A stretch of DNA of 64,000 nucleotides. Origin: Microgenomates group bacterium (GTDB taxonomy: Bacteria; Patescibacteriota; Microgenomatia; UBA12405). The position numbers and the translations under genes were made by a program. The DNA lies in assembly GCA_049303675.1 (NCBI GenBank), contig JBAQNJ010000001.1, forward strand, positions 71,494 through 135,493. The letters are read 5' to 3'. Below, in pieces: positions 7,952-22,900 of the stretch (position 1 is the stretch's first letter; each line of letters opens with the position of its first letter). A model generated the notes under the pieces. The model was not told the origin of the DNA. It did no database searches and saw only the letters and a list, made by a program, of their open reading frames with translations.

Positions 7952-10900
7952 TTCTCAAATCAACCAGCAACGCTTGTCCCAATATGCAGACTACTTAAAA
8001 TCTCAGGGACTTTCTGATTCTTCCATTCGTCGCAAGCTCTCCTCCCTCTCTTCCTTCCAAAAATATTTGGTGAAGAAAAAATTAATTAATTCCCCTGTAC
8101 GGGCAGGTTTTATACCTGCCCCATCCGGGCAACCACAAGGATTGCCCCTACAACCACTAAAATCCAATAAATCATTCCTCCAAAACCACTTTTTCACAAA
8201 ATACCTCCTCGCTGCTTCGATATTAATCTTATTAGGCGGCCTCAGTTATACCCTATACACTCAGGTTTTCAATCGCGCCTCCAAAAACCTCGCTTATTCC
8301 TCTGCCTCTAGTCCCATTACCCCCAATCGAATTTTGTCGTTCCAAGGTCGTCTGACTGACTCCTCCGGAAATCCCATTTCTTCCTCCACCGCCACTGTCT
8401 TCAAACTCTTCAATTCTGGTACCGGTGGTACCGAGCTCTATACTTCCGGCGCCGGCAATAGTCAGGTAGTCGTCCCCGATGAAAATGGAATATTCTCAGT
8501 AGTTATTGGTCGAAGTCATGGTCTAGGTATCCCCGCCTCAGTTTTCTCAGAAAACGCTGATGTCTATCTCGAAATCACTGCCGGTGGGGAAACTATGAAT
8601 CCTCGCCAACAAATAGCTACCGTTGGCTATGCCCTCAACTCTGAAACATTGCAAGGACTACCACCATCTGCTAGCGGTATGAGCAATACAGTGCTAGTTA
8701 TTGATGGCTCTGGCAATCTAAACCTTGGTGAAACCTCCCCTTCAATCATTTCCACCTCAGGTACATTTGGACTCGAAGGTCAAGCTATGTTAATCAAGGC
8801 TAGCGATGGCTCTGGGGGTGATATTACTATCAATCCTGATGCCGCCGGCAAGCTCAAATTAATTACCGAGGGGGCCGGCACTACTGCTGCCGGTGGTTTT
8901 ATCGAAGCTACCAATGCCAATCTGGCCAGCGGCAATTTATTCTCTGGTCTAATTCGCAACGACAATCCCAATTATAATTTTCTCGATTTCTCTAATTACA
9001 ATATCGGCACCACCGCCATTGCTTCGCGCTTTTCAGTCACTGCCAACGGCACTGTCAATGTTGGTACTGGTATAACTACGCCAAAGATTACTATCTCTGT
9101 TGGTGCTTCCAGTAGTTATATTCTTCAGTCAGATGCCTTTGGCAATGCCAGCTGGGTTAACCCTGGATCCGCTGGTATTGGTACCAGCTATGATGCTGGT
9201 GCTGGGTTAACGAAAACAGGCAGTGTTTTTAGTCTCAATGTTGGCTATACCAACACTTGGACTGCACTCCAAAACTTCACCAATATCAACGTTGGTGGTA
9301 CCGCAATCCTCAACAATCTTTTTGCTACTGGTAATGTTGGTATTGGTACCACCGCCCCCACCTACAAGCTTGAATTAGTCGGTGGGGCCTCAATCTTCCG
9401 CATTGGTGATACTAATGGCAATACCTTAGTTGATATCAGTGAAACCAGTGCTCAATTTAATCTTCCCACAACATTTACCTCTACTGGTGATGTCAATATG
9501 GCCAATGATTTAAATTTCACCAATGCCACCGCATCTACTATCCACTCCGCCGCCCCGCTCTACCTCGAAGCCGGCGAATCGTTCAACTCATCTGATTTAA
9601 CTTTCAAAACCTTTAATTCTGGTAATCTCGTATTCGATACTGCTGGTTTTACCTCACTTCAAGCACAAAATTGGACCCTGGCTACCGGTACCACCAATTC
9701 TCTAAATATATCAAACGGCCTCATTTCCGTTGATACACTTAATTCTCGAGTCGGCATTGGCACCACCGCCCCCGGCTATACCCTCAGCGTCGGCGGCACC
9801 ACCTATACCAACAATCTCTTCACCTCCGGCAATGTCGGCATCGGAACAACAGGGCCAAGTGACAAATTACATATTGTAGATGCAACTGCACCAAACATAC
9901 GTTTCCAAATTCAAGGCAATGCAGGTTATTCACAAATTAAAGGCGGTAATGATTTATCTTTTTATACATATAACGCCGGAATTTTTGAAAGATTTAGAAT
10001 CGCCAATGACGGCAATGTTGGGATTGGAACGACTAGCCCTGCAACACTTCTAGAACTATCACATGCTACAACCCCAATACTTAGAGTCGGTAGAAATGAC
10101 ACATTAGTCGCAACAGGAGAAAGTCTTGGTTCTTTGGAATTTTATACAAACGATACTGGTCACGAAGGTGTTGTTGGTAAAATCGAGTCCATTGCTGTTG
10201 GCACAAATGCTCAAGCACATTTAGGATTCTTCACCGGTGGCATCGGCGAAGTTGGAAATCAAGCATTCTTTGAGAAAATGAGACTCACTTATGATGGCAG
10301 TCTCGGTATCGGCACCACTGCTCCATCCAAAAAACTCGATGTCGCCGGTGACATTAACTTAACTGGAACAATATTTTCAAACGGTACTTCCGGTACCTCC
10401 GGTCAAGTGTTAACCAGCACTGGCACTGGTCTAAATTGGGTCAACGCATCATCTGTCGGTGGTACATACGTCTTTGCCAACGGCCTCACCAACACTGGTA
10501 CTTTCGTCGGTCTCGGAGGCACTCTAACTCAAGACGTTCGCCTAAACATCGGCAATACCGAAGTCCTCTTTCTTAAAAATTCAAATGGATATATCGGTGT
10601 TGGGACAACAAATCCAACTTCCGCATTTCAAGTCTATTCTTTAGGTATTAACAATAGCTCTCAAATTGTCCCCGGCGCAGCCGCTGGTAACGTTGATGTC
10701 TCCGGTGGGCTGTGGAGAGTCGCCAATTTAGCCACTGGGAATCATAATGAAACACTTTCTTTTCAATCTGGCAGACAATACACTACCGCAAGCGGAACTA
10801 ACAACGCTATCACTATCAATCCCAGCGTAGTTCCTACTAGTGGCACCTTAGCAGTTTCTATATTCAATTTAGCTCCAACTATAAACCAAACAGGAGGTTC

Positions 10901-13900
10901 GAATGGAATTACCCGAGGCATATATGTCAATCCCACACTTACCTCAGCGGCTGACTTTAGAGCTATTGAAATTGCCAATAATGCTGGATATGGCATATAT
11001 CAGTCAGGTGCAAGTGCAAGTAATTATTTTAATGGCAATGTCGGTATCGGTACTACTGCTCCAACAGGTGCGTTAAATATCAACTCAAACAGCTTTACAC
11101 CAGTACGCTGGGGATCATTATCTGCTGATTACGGTTATTTGACATTTAGTAGTAATTTAGCTAGAGTTGGAAGTTTAGTTGGATCAGATCTTTCTTTAGA
11201 AGCAAACGCCCAACCAGTTATCAGATTAACCACCACCGGCAATGTCGGCATTGGCAACACCAACCCAAGTGCAAAACTAGAAATATCAACCAACGGCTCT
11301 AATACCCCAGGGACAAACCAACATCTAGTTTTTTCCACTACTCCAGGAATTCCCCTTTTTGGATTCAGAATGGACGCCAGCAACGATCATTTAATAATAG
11401 ACAAAAGTTGGTCATCATGGGGCACTCCCGCATTGGCAATTAATAGAAATACAGGTAATCTCGGTATCGGCACCACTGCACCAAGTAAAAAACTCGATGT
11501 TGCTGGTGACATCAATTTAACCGGGACAATTTTTTCAAATGGCACCTCTGGTACCTCCGGACAAGTCTTAACCAGCACCGGCACTGCTCTCCAATGGGTC
11601 AACGCTTCTTCTGTAGGTGGAACTTTTGTTTTTGCCAATGGTCTTACCAACAATGGCACTTTCGTTGGACTGGGTGGAACCCTGACCACCGACACTCGCC
11701 TAAATATCGGCAATACCGAAGTATTATTTTTTAAAAATTCAAATGGGTACGTGGGTATCGGTACCACCTCCCCCTCCAAAAAACTCGATGTCGCTGGTGA
11801 TATCAATTTAACTGGTACCATTTTCACCACCGGTACCTCTGGAACTAGTGGTCAAGTTCTTTCCTCTACCGGCACTGGCTTACAATGGGTCAATGCATCA
11901 GGCCTCGGCCAAACTTATTCCCCCACCAACGGTTTATCAGAAATTTCTACAAACGTCTTTGGACTAGGTGGCACATTAACTCAAAATACTCAAATTGGAA
12001 CATCATCTTTTAGCCTATCATTAGGCATCAATACAACAACACCCACTTTGTATCTATCATCAAGTGGAAATATTGGATTGGGGACAACTGGACCTGGTGG
12101 AATAATACCAAATGGATTTACATCAACAAACTCATCTATTTTAGAAATTAAATCAAAGGCAAATAATAGTGATGTAGGAATATTCTTACGTGATCCAAAT
12201 AGTAGTAGTTATGTTGGTATGGATATATGGGCAAGTAATAATAATGGCCGCAATTACATTGATAATCGTTATAACGATCCTGGAGCATTAACAATATTTA
12301 GAATGAGAACAACTGGAACTCCGGTCAACGCAATGTCTATTTCAGGAAGTGGCAATGTCGGCATCGGGACCACCGCTCCTTCCAAAAAACTCGATGTCGC
12401 TGGTGACATCAATCTAACTGGCACCATTTTCTCCAATGGCACCTCCGGCACCTCTGGTCAAATCCTCTCTTCCACTGGTACAGGATTATCTTGGATCAAT
12501 GCATCATCTGTTGGTGGCACTTACGTCTTTGCCAACGGCCTCACCAACAATGGCACTTTTGTCGGTCTCGGTGGCACATTAACTCAAGATGTTCGCCTAA
12601 ACATCGGCAACACCGAAGTTTTATTTTTCAAAAATTCAAATGGGTATGTTGGTATTGGTACATCTAACCCAACTGACAATCTCACCATTGTTCCCGGCGC
12701 CGCCAAAGGTATCACCATCCGCGAGTCAGATAATGGCAACACCGCTTTAACACTCTACGCAGGTAGCCAATCAGGCGTCTTCGAAGGCCTCAGTAACGGA
12801 GTTAAAACTTTTTCTCTAAACAGCTATTCAGGGTCAAATAGCTTTATTAATGTACTTAATTTTGGTATTGGCATAACTGACCCTCTCTACAAACTTCATG
12901 TCAATGGCGATGCCCTTATCTCCACCCGTCTCGGCATCGGCGCCACCAATCCTCTCTACACCCTCAATGCCGGCGGCACTGCTTCTTTTACCAATCTCTT
13001 CGCTTCCGGTAACGTTGGCATTGGGACGACAAATCCTGGAGCTAGATTACAAGTAGTTGGTGGAGGAGTAAACTCCTTACCCGCAACATCAGGTTCTACA
13101 CAAGGAACAGGGTTGGTTGCCAGATTTGGAGGCAATGCAAGTTTAATCGACGCAGTAGTAGACATTGGATGGGGAGCAAGCGGCGCCACATGGGGATCTT
13201 GGATACAAGCTACAAATAAAGCAAGTTTAAATGTCAACTATGATTTATTACTCAATCCAAACGGTGGCAACGTCGGCATCGGCACTACTAATCCAACAAG
13301 CAAACTATTTGTTTTGGATAATACCGATGCCGTTGCTGCCACTATCCAGAATGCATTCTACGAACAACTAAATCTCAAAGGTACCGACCCTACCAGAAGT
13401 GGTGGTCTACGCATCGAAAATGCAGGTGGAAAACTGGCATTCTTAAATTTATCCGGTGGTTCAGCCACAGTTCCAACTAACACCCTCATGCTCACTAATT
13501 ACGACGCTGGTGGCGGCATTATGTTTGGTACAGGCTACTTCAACCCTCTGATGACCATTCTAAACGGTGGCAATGTCGGTATTGGTACCTCTGCTCCTGC
13601 CTACACTCTTGATGTTGGCGGTTCCGGTAACATCAATCTCACAGGCACCATTTTCTCAAATGGCACCTCTGGCACCTCTGGTCAAGTTCTCTCCTCTACT
13701 GGCACTGGTTTACAATGGGTATCAGCCACCGGCCTCGGTCAAACCTATTCTGCCGACAACGGTCTTCATATGACGGGTAATGTAGTTGGACTAGGTGGTA
13801 CTTTGACTGAAAATACACGTATAAATATCGGCAATACCGAGATTTTATACCTTAGCACCAATGGCAATGTTGGGATTGGAACAACAAGTCCAACCGGAAA

Positions 13901-16900
13901 GTTAGAAATTAACTCCCAAGGATCCGGTGCAGCCAACACTTTGGTGTTAAATAGCAATGGTACACCAGAACCAAGTCTTCACTTTCGATATCCAAGTTAC
14001 CCATCTTCATCATTTAGAATGGTGGCAGGTTCATATCGACTTCAATTCCAATACAATACTGGAACTGACGCCACACCAGTCTGGGCACAAGGATTTAATA
14101 TGGCCAAAACCGGTGGTATCGCTATTGGATCCGGATATGCTTCATATGACCCCGGTAATGGAAATATGATTATCAGTGGCAATGTCGGTATCGGCACCAC
14201 CGCTCCATCAGCAAAACTCGATGTCAATGGTAATGTTCGATTAGTTGGCAACCTTGCCTCTGATGCCTTTTACAACAGTACCGACGACGGCCTCATATCC
14301 TATTTTCCCTTCTCTGAAGGAGTTGGCGCAACCAGTTATGACAAAAGTCGTTCTGGTTTGAATGCTCAATTTGTAAACTCCCCTTCCTGGTCAAACGGAA
14401 ATTTTGGCAATGCTATTGTTCTCAGTTCTGGAACTAGTCAATATGCCACTGTTGCCAGCGCCACTTCAAATACCAATTTAACTTTCACCGGTTGGGTCAA
14501 CACCACAGACAGTAGCATTATGAACATCGTTAGTGGAAACGGAGTCTACGGTTATATTAGCCTTAATGCCGGCCAATTTAGAGTATATGATGGAACCGCC
14601 TGGAGATCCTCATCCACTTTTGTTAATGACGGAAATTGGCATTATGTTGCATTTACTTTTAATGGAACTACAAAGGATTTTAAATTATATGTTGATGGTA
14701 AACTAGAAAATTCCACCACCGGAACGTCAACATATTCCAATGGTCAATTGACTCATATCGGAGTTTTTGTCACCCCGACCCAAAGATTCTTCAACGGTTC
14801 TCTTGACGAACTTCGCTCCTACAGCCGAATTCTCACTGATAGTGAAATCAGAAACCAATACAACCAAGGACTCGGAGCAAGTTCTCCCTATACTGCCTCA
14901 AATGGTAACTTTAGCATTGGTACCACCGTTTCCACCTACAAATTAAATGTTGCCGGTGATATTAACTTAACCGGCACTATTTTCTCAAATGGCACCTCTG
15001 GCACCTCTGGTCAAATCTTAACCAGTACCGGTACAGGTCTCAATTGGGTCAATGCATCATCTGTTGGTGGTACCTACGTCTTTGCTAACGGCCTCACCAA
15101 CAATGGCACTTTTGTCGGCCTCGGTGGCACTCTAACTCAAGATGTTCGCCTAAACATAGGCAACACCGAAGTCCTCTTTCTAAAAAATTCAAATGGGTAT
15201 GTTGGCATTGGGACAACCAACCCAGGTGCAAAATTAGATGTACAGGGTGGAAATATATACTTAAATAGCAGTTATTCCTTAATTTTTAAAGATACTTCTA
15301 ACTTTAATTATGGTGGAATTACATCAGATTTAGGAACAGGGGCATTGCTTTTAAAAGGTGGTAATAGTTTAACAACTGGAATTGCTATAGATAATTCAGG
15401 AAATGTTGGAGTTGGCTATATAAATCCAGGAACCGCAAAATTAGCAATAAATGGCAATGTCGGCATTGGCACCACTGCTCCTGGCAAAAAGTTAGAAGTA
15501 TACAGTAATAGTGATTATCAATTATTACTTAGTGGGTGGAATCCAACCCAGGGAGCTGGCGCCGGTAATGGAGCATTATTACTCGGCAATGTCACCGCCT
15601 ACCAAGGTCGAATTCATTATGACGGTGTTAATACTGGTTATTTGTACATTGACAATAGTTGGAATAATGACAATGGTGATATTCGATTTAGAACCAAAAC
15701 CGCCAGTACCGCAATTGAAGCTCTTACTATCAAGGGTTCAGGCAATGTCGGTATTGGCACAACTTCTCCTATTGGTAAATTTGATGTCCGACAAACTGAC
15801 GGATTAACTTTTGGTACTATTGCCAACTTTCTAAATCCTGCCAATGGTTCCCAAGCTACCATGGTCCTTGGGTCCGGAGCTTCAGGAACTGGTAGTTCTG
15901 GTCAATCCACCTTTTATCTTGCCGATAGAGGTACAAACAAATGGGGTATGCAACTTGAATACACTACAGGAGACTTTAAAATTATCGACGCAGACTCAAG
16001 TACAAATCCTTTCACTATCAAAAATGGTGCACCCAGCAACACTCTATTTTTGGGTTCTACTGGCAATCTTGGTATAGGCACAACCAATCCAGGGTATAAA
16101 TTAGATGTTGCCGGATCCATACATGTAACATCGACGAGTGGAATCTACGGAGGAAATGGTAATTCACATTTATATTTAAGTGATTCACAGACTGCAATTG
16201 GATTTAACAACCAAAGCTCCGAAATACAATTTACCAGTAACAACATGTCTTTTTATACTAACAGCGCTCTTGCAATGCAAATTAATTCTTCCGGCAATCT
16301 CGGCATTGGTACCACCTCTCCTACTCAAAAACTTGATGTTAATGGATCAGTCAATATTGGTGGATCGATGACAATTGGTGGATTAGGTATTGATGTTGGC
16401 ACTACAGCTCTGTTTATCGATTCAAATGGTTTAATTACCAAACGAGGATTAGGTTCTGGTGCCTTTTCTGATGGAATTGGTACCACTTATTCCTTCACCA
16501 ACGGTCTCACCAATACCTCAAACACTATCAGTCTTGGTGGAACTCTAACCCAAGATGTTCGCCTAAACATAGGCAACACCGAAGTTTTATTTTTGAAAAA
16601 TTCAAACGGGTATGTTGGTATTGGCACAACGAATCCTTCTCTAAAACTTACTATTGGCCGACAAGCAGCAATGGAATCATCATACAAAAGCTATAGCACG
16701 AGTGATCAGTCAGGTCTTGAATATTATTTAATTAATTCGTCACCATATCAAAGAACATTAGATATCGTAGCCAACGGAGGTCCTGTGGGTGGTGGAGATG
16801 GTGGTTCAGAAATTAGATTTTTAACAAATCCAGGGACCTCGAACACAGCTGTTGAACGACTTAAAATATCCAGAGACGGCAATGTCGGCATCGGCAACAC

Positions 16901-19900
16901 TGCCCCAACATATGGATTTCAGGTCGGTGCGAGCGACTTATTTGTCGATACTGTTAACCATGTTGCATCAATTGGCATCGCACCAAGTAGTTCCTATCGA
17001 CTACGTTTAGTCAGCGGAATATTACGTTTTGATGGTAGCGGCGAAATTCAGATGAGTGGTGGCGGTAATTGGACAGGTAGCGGTACACTAACCATGAAAC
17101 CAAGTTCTGGAGATGTAATTTTGAACCCAACTTTAGGCAATATAGGTATTGGAGGTTCCTCTCCTGTTGCGAAATTGAGTGTCGTCGGTGCCGGGTCATC
17201 TAACATTGCTGTGTTTGAAGGTTCTGGCAATGTCGGCATCGGCACCACTGCTCCATCCAAAAAATTAGACATTGCTGGCGACATCAACCTCACTGGCACA
17301 ATTTTTTCCAATGGAACAAGTGGTACCTCCGGTCAAGTTCTCTCCTCTACTGGCACTGGATTACAATGGGTATCAGCCACCGGTCTTGGTCAAACCTATT
17401 CCGCCGACAACGGTCTCCATATGACGGGTAATGTGGTAGGTTTGGGTGGAACAATTACATCAAATACTAACCTAACTATAGGCAATACTAGCATATTGTA
17501 TATCGATGGAACCAGTGGATATATTGGAGTTGGAACTGTAACTCCTAGCCAACTTATTCACATCAAAGGTACAGGAATTGCCACCTACAACAATTTTTCT
17601 ATCGGTGGAACTATCAATGGCACCACACTATTTACTGGCGATTCTGCCAACAGTCAAACTGGATTTATTGGTCGTGGTGGTGGCAGTGTTGGGTTGACAA
17701 TTCCCACCCTGGGAACCTATGGCTCAGTTGGTTTAGTAGGTGCAGCTGGTGGTAATACTGGCGGTAGAGCTCATGTTGGTGTTTATGGATTTTCTACTAT
17801 AAATCAACAATTGGGTGGCAATAGTGCCAACAATAGTTCAGGTGGATATTTTCTCAGTACTATTGGTTCAACCGTAGTCGATTTTAATGGTTCACTTTTT
17901 GGCGTTCGAGCTAAAGCAGATACGTCAGCTGGTACGTCAACTGGAGGTGGGGTTTACGGAGTGTACAGTCAGGGTGTCGGACAAGCCAACAATACAGTTT
18001 ATGGTGGTTATTTCTCTGCTACTGGTGGTACCGATAATTTTGCTATTTACACCGATACCGCCAAATCATATTTTGGTGGCAATGTGGGTATCGGTACTAC
18101 TGCTCCAACAGGTGCATTAAATATCAACTCAAACAGTTTTACACCAGTACGCTGGGGATCATTATCTGCTGATTACGGTTATTTGACATTTAGTAGTAAC
18201 TTAGCTAGGGTTGGAAGTTTAGTTGGATCAGATCTTTCTTTAGAAGCAAACGCCCAACCAGTTATCAGATTAACTACCACCGGCAATGTCGGTATCGGCA
18301 CCACTGCTCCAACTCAAAAACTTGACATCAATGGATCAGTAAACATTGGTGGATCAATGACAATTGGAGGACTAGGAATTGATGTTGGTACTACAGCCTT
18401 ATTCATCGACGCAAATGGTTTAATAACCAAAAGAGCCCTCGGCTCCGGTGCATTTTCTGATGGTGTTGGTACTACCTACTCATTCACCAACGGTTTAACC
18501 AATACCTCAAACACTATCAGTCTCGGTGGCACCCTGACCCAAGATGTCCGTCTAAACATAGGCAATACCGAAGTATTATTCTTAAAAAATTCAAATGGTA
18601 ATGTCGGTATTGGAACGACTAATCCAAATTCAACTCTTGACATATTCAATGCAAATTCCAGTGCTACTCTCACTAATTTTACCCAAGCTATTGATAAATC
18701 AATCTTAAATCTTGTGACTACTTATTCCAACATGACATATACCGGCGGTATCTTTTGGTCTACTTCAAATCAACAACCCACAAAACCTAAAGCAGGTATT
18801 TGGACACTAAACGATGGGGTTAACGGTACTTCACTTTATCTAGGTACCTCCAATAGTTATGCCGCCGGTATCACTAATCAAGCTTTAACCATTAATCCAT
18901 CTGGCAATGTCGGTATTGGGACAACGAATCCAAGTCAAAAATTACATATATATAGTGGTTCTTCAGGTTTAACCCCAATTGGTGGACCATTAGTTCTAGA
19001 AAGTAACACACACCAATACATGAGTATTATTGGCCCTGCTAATACCCAACAGGCGATCATATTTGGTGGAGGTGGCAATAATGACGCCAGAATTTCATGG
19101 GAAGATGGTACGCGAGGTGATTATCTAGCTTTAGGTAGTTCAACACAGTTGATATTAAAATCTGATAGCAATGTCGGCATCGGCACCACTGCTCCATCCC
19201 AAAAACTTGATGTCAATGGTAGTGTCAACATTGGTGGTTCAATGACTCTAACCGGTTCAGCAATCGGTACAGGAACCACCGCTCTATTTGTTGATAGCAA
19301 TGGTTTAATTACTAAACGAGGTCTCGGTTCTGGTGCCTTTTCTGACGGTATTGGTACTACATACTCTTTCACCAACGGTCTCACCAACACCTCAAACACC
19401 ATCAGTCTCGGTGGAGCCCTCACCACTGACACTCGCCTAAACATCGGCAACACTGAAGTATTATTCTTAAAAAATTCAAATGGATTTGTTGGCATTGGGA
19501 CAACCAATCCCACCGCCAAACTCGACATTGTTCAGACGCCCGCTATCGATGGCTCTGAGTTCCTTCGACTCTCTGGAGACCGTATCTGGACTTTCCGTCA
19601 ATCAAAAACTGGATCTTCATCGCAATTAGAATTAGCCGATCTGAGTGGAACTAAAAATTTCATCATTAGTACTCTTGGCAATGTTGGTATTGGAACAACC
19701 AATCCCCAAATGAAATTGGATGTTACCAGTAGCACTGATGCCACTGTGGGGATTAATGCAGGTAATGATGCCTATTTATATCTCGACCGAGGTAGTGCGG
19801 CATCCTATCAGACTGCAACTTTCCTGCGAGACGCAGGTGCCGGTAAATGGATGTATGGACAAAGAACACTTGGCAGCAATCTCTTCTCGTTTTATAGCTA

Positions 19901-22900
19901 CGGCACCTCTAGTGATGTAGTCGCTATTGATTATTCCACCGGTAATCTGGGCATCGGCACTACCAATCCAACACAAAAATTGGAGGTCAATGGTAGTGTC
20001 AACATTGGTGGTTCAATGACTCTAACCGGTTCAGCAATCGGTACAGGAACCACCGCTCTATTTGTTGATAGCAATGGTTTAATTACTAAACGAGGTCTCG
20101 GATCTGGTGCATTTTCTGATGGTGTTGGTACTACTTATTCTTTCACCAACGGTTTAACCAATAGTTCAAACACTATCAGTCTCGGTGGAACATTGACTCA
20201 AGACGTCCGTCTAAATATCGGCAATACCGAAGTTCTCTTTTTAAAGAATTCAAATGGGTTTGTCGGCATTGGGACGACTAGTCCGGGATCTAAATTGGAT
20301 GTAAGATTATCGGGCGCAACAACCGGATCAGTGATGTATTTTGGAAATATTACAGATGGAGTATATGGCGGGCTTGGTTTCTCATCGACGGGAACAAGTA
20401 GAATGTATTTAGGATATGGTGGAAATGAACAAATATCTCTTACTAGTAGCAATGTCGGTATCGGAACAACCAATCCAGGAGCTAAGCTCGACATTGAAAT
20501 GGGAACAGATAGGTCCGATACTCCTGGCTCTTCTCTTGCACTTCGTATCTCTGCCGGTTCCGCAACCCAAGCATTTGGATTAAGAGTTAATCAATCAGGA
20601 AATCAAAATTTAAATCTTGATAGATATTACGGAGGGGCATGGTCAAGTGCATTAACCATAGAAAGAAGCAACGGCAATGTCGGTATCGGAACAACAAATC
20701 CAGCTAGTAAACTAACTATTTTGGGTGGAGATATCGCCTTAAGAGAAGATGATGATGGCAATGATGCCGTTAGCATACAATCATCAACAGTCTCTGGATG
20801 GATGTACTTAAAATCGGGAGGAGCAAATACTGTCTTGCTTGCTGGCGCAGCTGATAGCTATATCAATGGAGGTAATCTCGGCATCGGTACTACTGCTCCG
20901 ACCCAAAAACTCGACGTCAATGGTAGTGTCAATATTGGTGGATCACTCAGTATTGGCTCAACATTCCTCGTCACCAATCTTAATGCCGATTATTTAGATG
21001 GATTACATTCCTCTTCCTTTTTACAAGTTGGTGGTACTGGTTTTTTCAGCGTTGCCCGCAATGGTTTACAAAGTATTGGTAACACCGGCATCGGTTTGGG
21101 TGGAACATTGACCCAAGACACTTTCATAAATACATCAAGCTATTCTCTTTCCTTCCTCGGTTTGGGCGACAGTCAATCATTATTTATTGGCACCAGTGGT
21201 TATGTCGGCATTGGCACCACCAACCCTGAACAAAAATTATCCGTCGTCGGTAACGCTTTTATTTATGATAATAACTATCTAGGCGCTGAACTAGTTGATA
21301 GTTGGACCAATCATGCGTCATTTAATTACGAAACATTTACTTCATCTGGTTCCGACATTACCTCAGCCATAAACACTTCAGGTAACGGTATCGCTTATAA
21401 AATAATAACTATTGGCCAGGGTCGACGATATCAAGCCACCTTTAATTTAACCTTAAACAGTGGTGCCTACCCTTCATTCCGATCTGCTACTGCACCTGGT
21501 AGTGGCGCCCAAATAACAACAACAACTGTCGGTGGTCTAAATACAATCGAATGGACATCAATTAGAAGCGGAAGTGAATACATTACTTTTAGCGCCGGTA
21601 GCTCAAGTGACTTTTCCGTCTCCGGATTTTCACTCAAAGAAGTCGTCGGAGGTGACATTAATGTCGCTGGTTTATATACTGGTGGTGGCACCTCGGGTCT
21701 CAAAATTTTGGCCAATGGCAATGTTGGAATCGGCAACACTTTACCTACCAAATCCCTCGATATCACCGGTGATATCAATTTAACCGGTACTATTTTTACC
21801 ACTGGCACCTCGGGTTCCAGTGGACAAGTACTGACCTCCACTGGTACAGGATTATCGTGGCTCACCGTTGCCGGTCTGGGTCAAACCTATTCAGCCAACA
21901 ACGGTCTATCTATAGTTGGCAATGTCATCGGTCTGGGTGGTACTCTTACCCAAAATACTAAAATTGGCACTTCCGATTTTTCCCTTACCTTCCTTGGTTT
22001 AGGTAACACCGTTGGTTTTTCTCAAGCCAATAATGGTTTTGTCGGTATCGGCACCTCTGATCCTACCAACTGGCTTACCATTGCTAGCAATGACACTATC
22101 TCTAGTCAAATAAGTCTGCGTAGTACTCGTGCTGCCATCGTCGCCGGCAATATTATTGGTGGTATTGATTTTAATAGTAATGACACCCAATTTGCAGTTG
22201 GTGGTACCAAAGTCGCCTCCATCCAAGCAATTGCCAGTTCTACCCACTCCACCGCCAGTTTTAATACCGATTTAACATTTAATGTAATTTCTGGTACTAC
22301 TCCCGACGAAGCCATGAGAATTTCTGCCAACGGTAATATTGGCATAGGCATTACATCTCCGACTGCTGCTCTTCATATCGTTGGACAAAATGCCATTGAT
22401 ACTGCTTTAGTTGCTGGAACTACTGCACCATACGCAGTTAATTTTGTGGGGGGAATTGGTGCAAGTAACACCCGAACTACCAATGCTAATGGCGGAATTG
22501 GTGGAGGTTTATTATTTACCGGTGGTGTTGGTGGTATTGCCGGTGTGGCGACTACTGCATCAATTGGTGGTGGAGGAGGACCTATTACTCTCGTCACCGG
22601 CAACGGTGGATTTGCCAGCGTTCCTGGCACAGGCACCAACGCCGGTGGTCCTGGCGGTGTCTTTTCAATTACTACCGGTATTGGTGGCTCAGCCGACGGT
22701 GCTACTACTGGGACCAATACTGGTGGTAATGGTGGTGCTATTACTCTAACTACCGGTGCCGGTGGTATTGGTGGCACAAATTCCGGCACTGGAAATGTTA
22801 CCGGTGGCAACGGTGGTGCTTATACTCTGACTCTTGGTAACGGTGCCGCCACTGCCTCAATTGGAGTTACTAGTTTAAGCCGACTTATTGGTGGCGCTGG

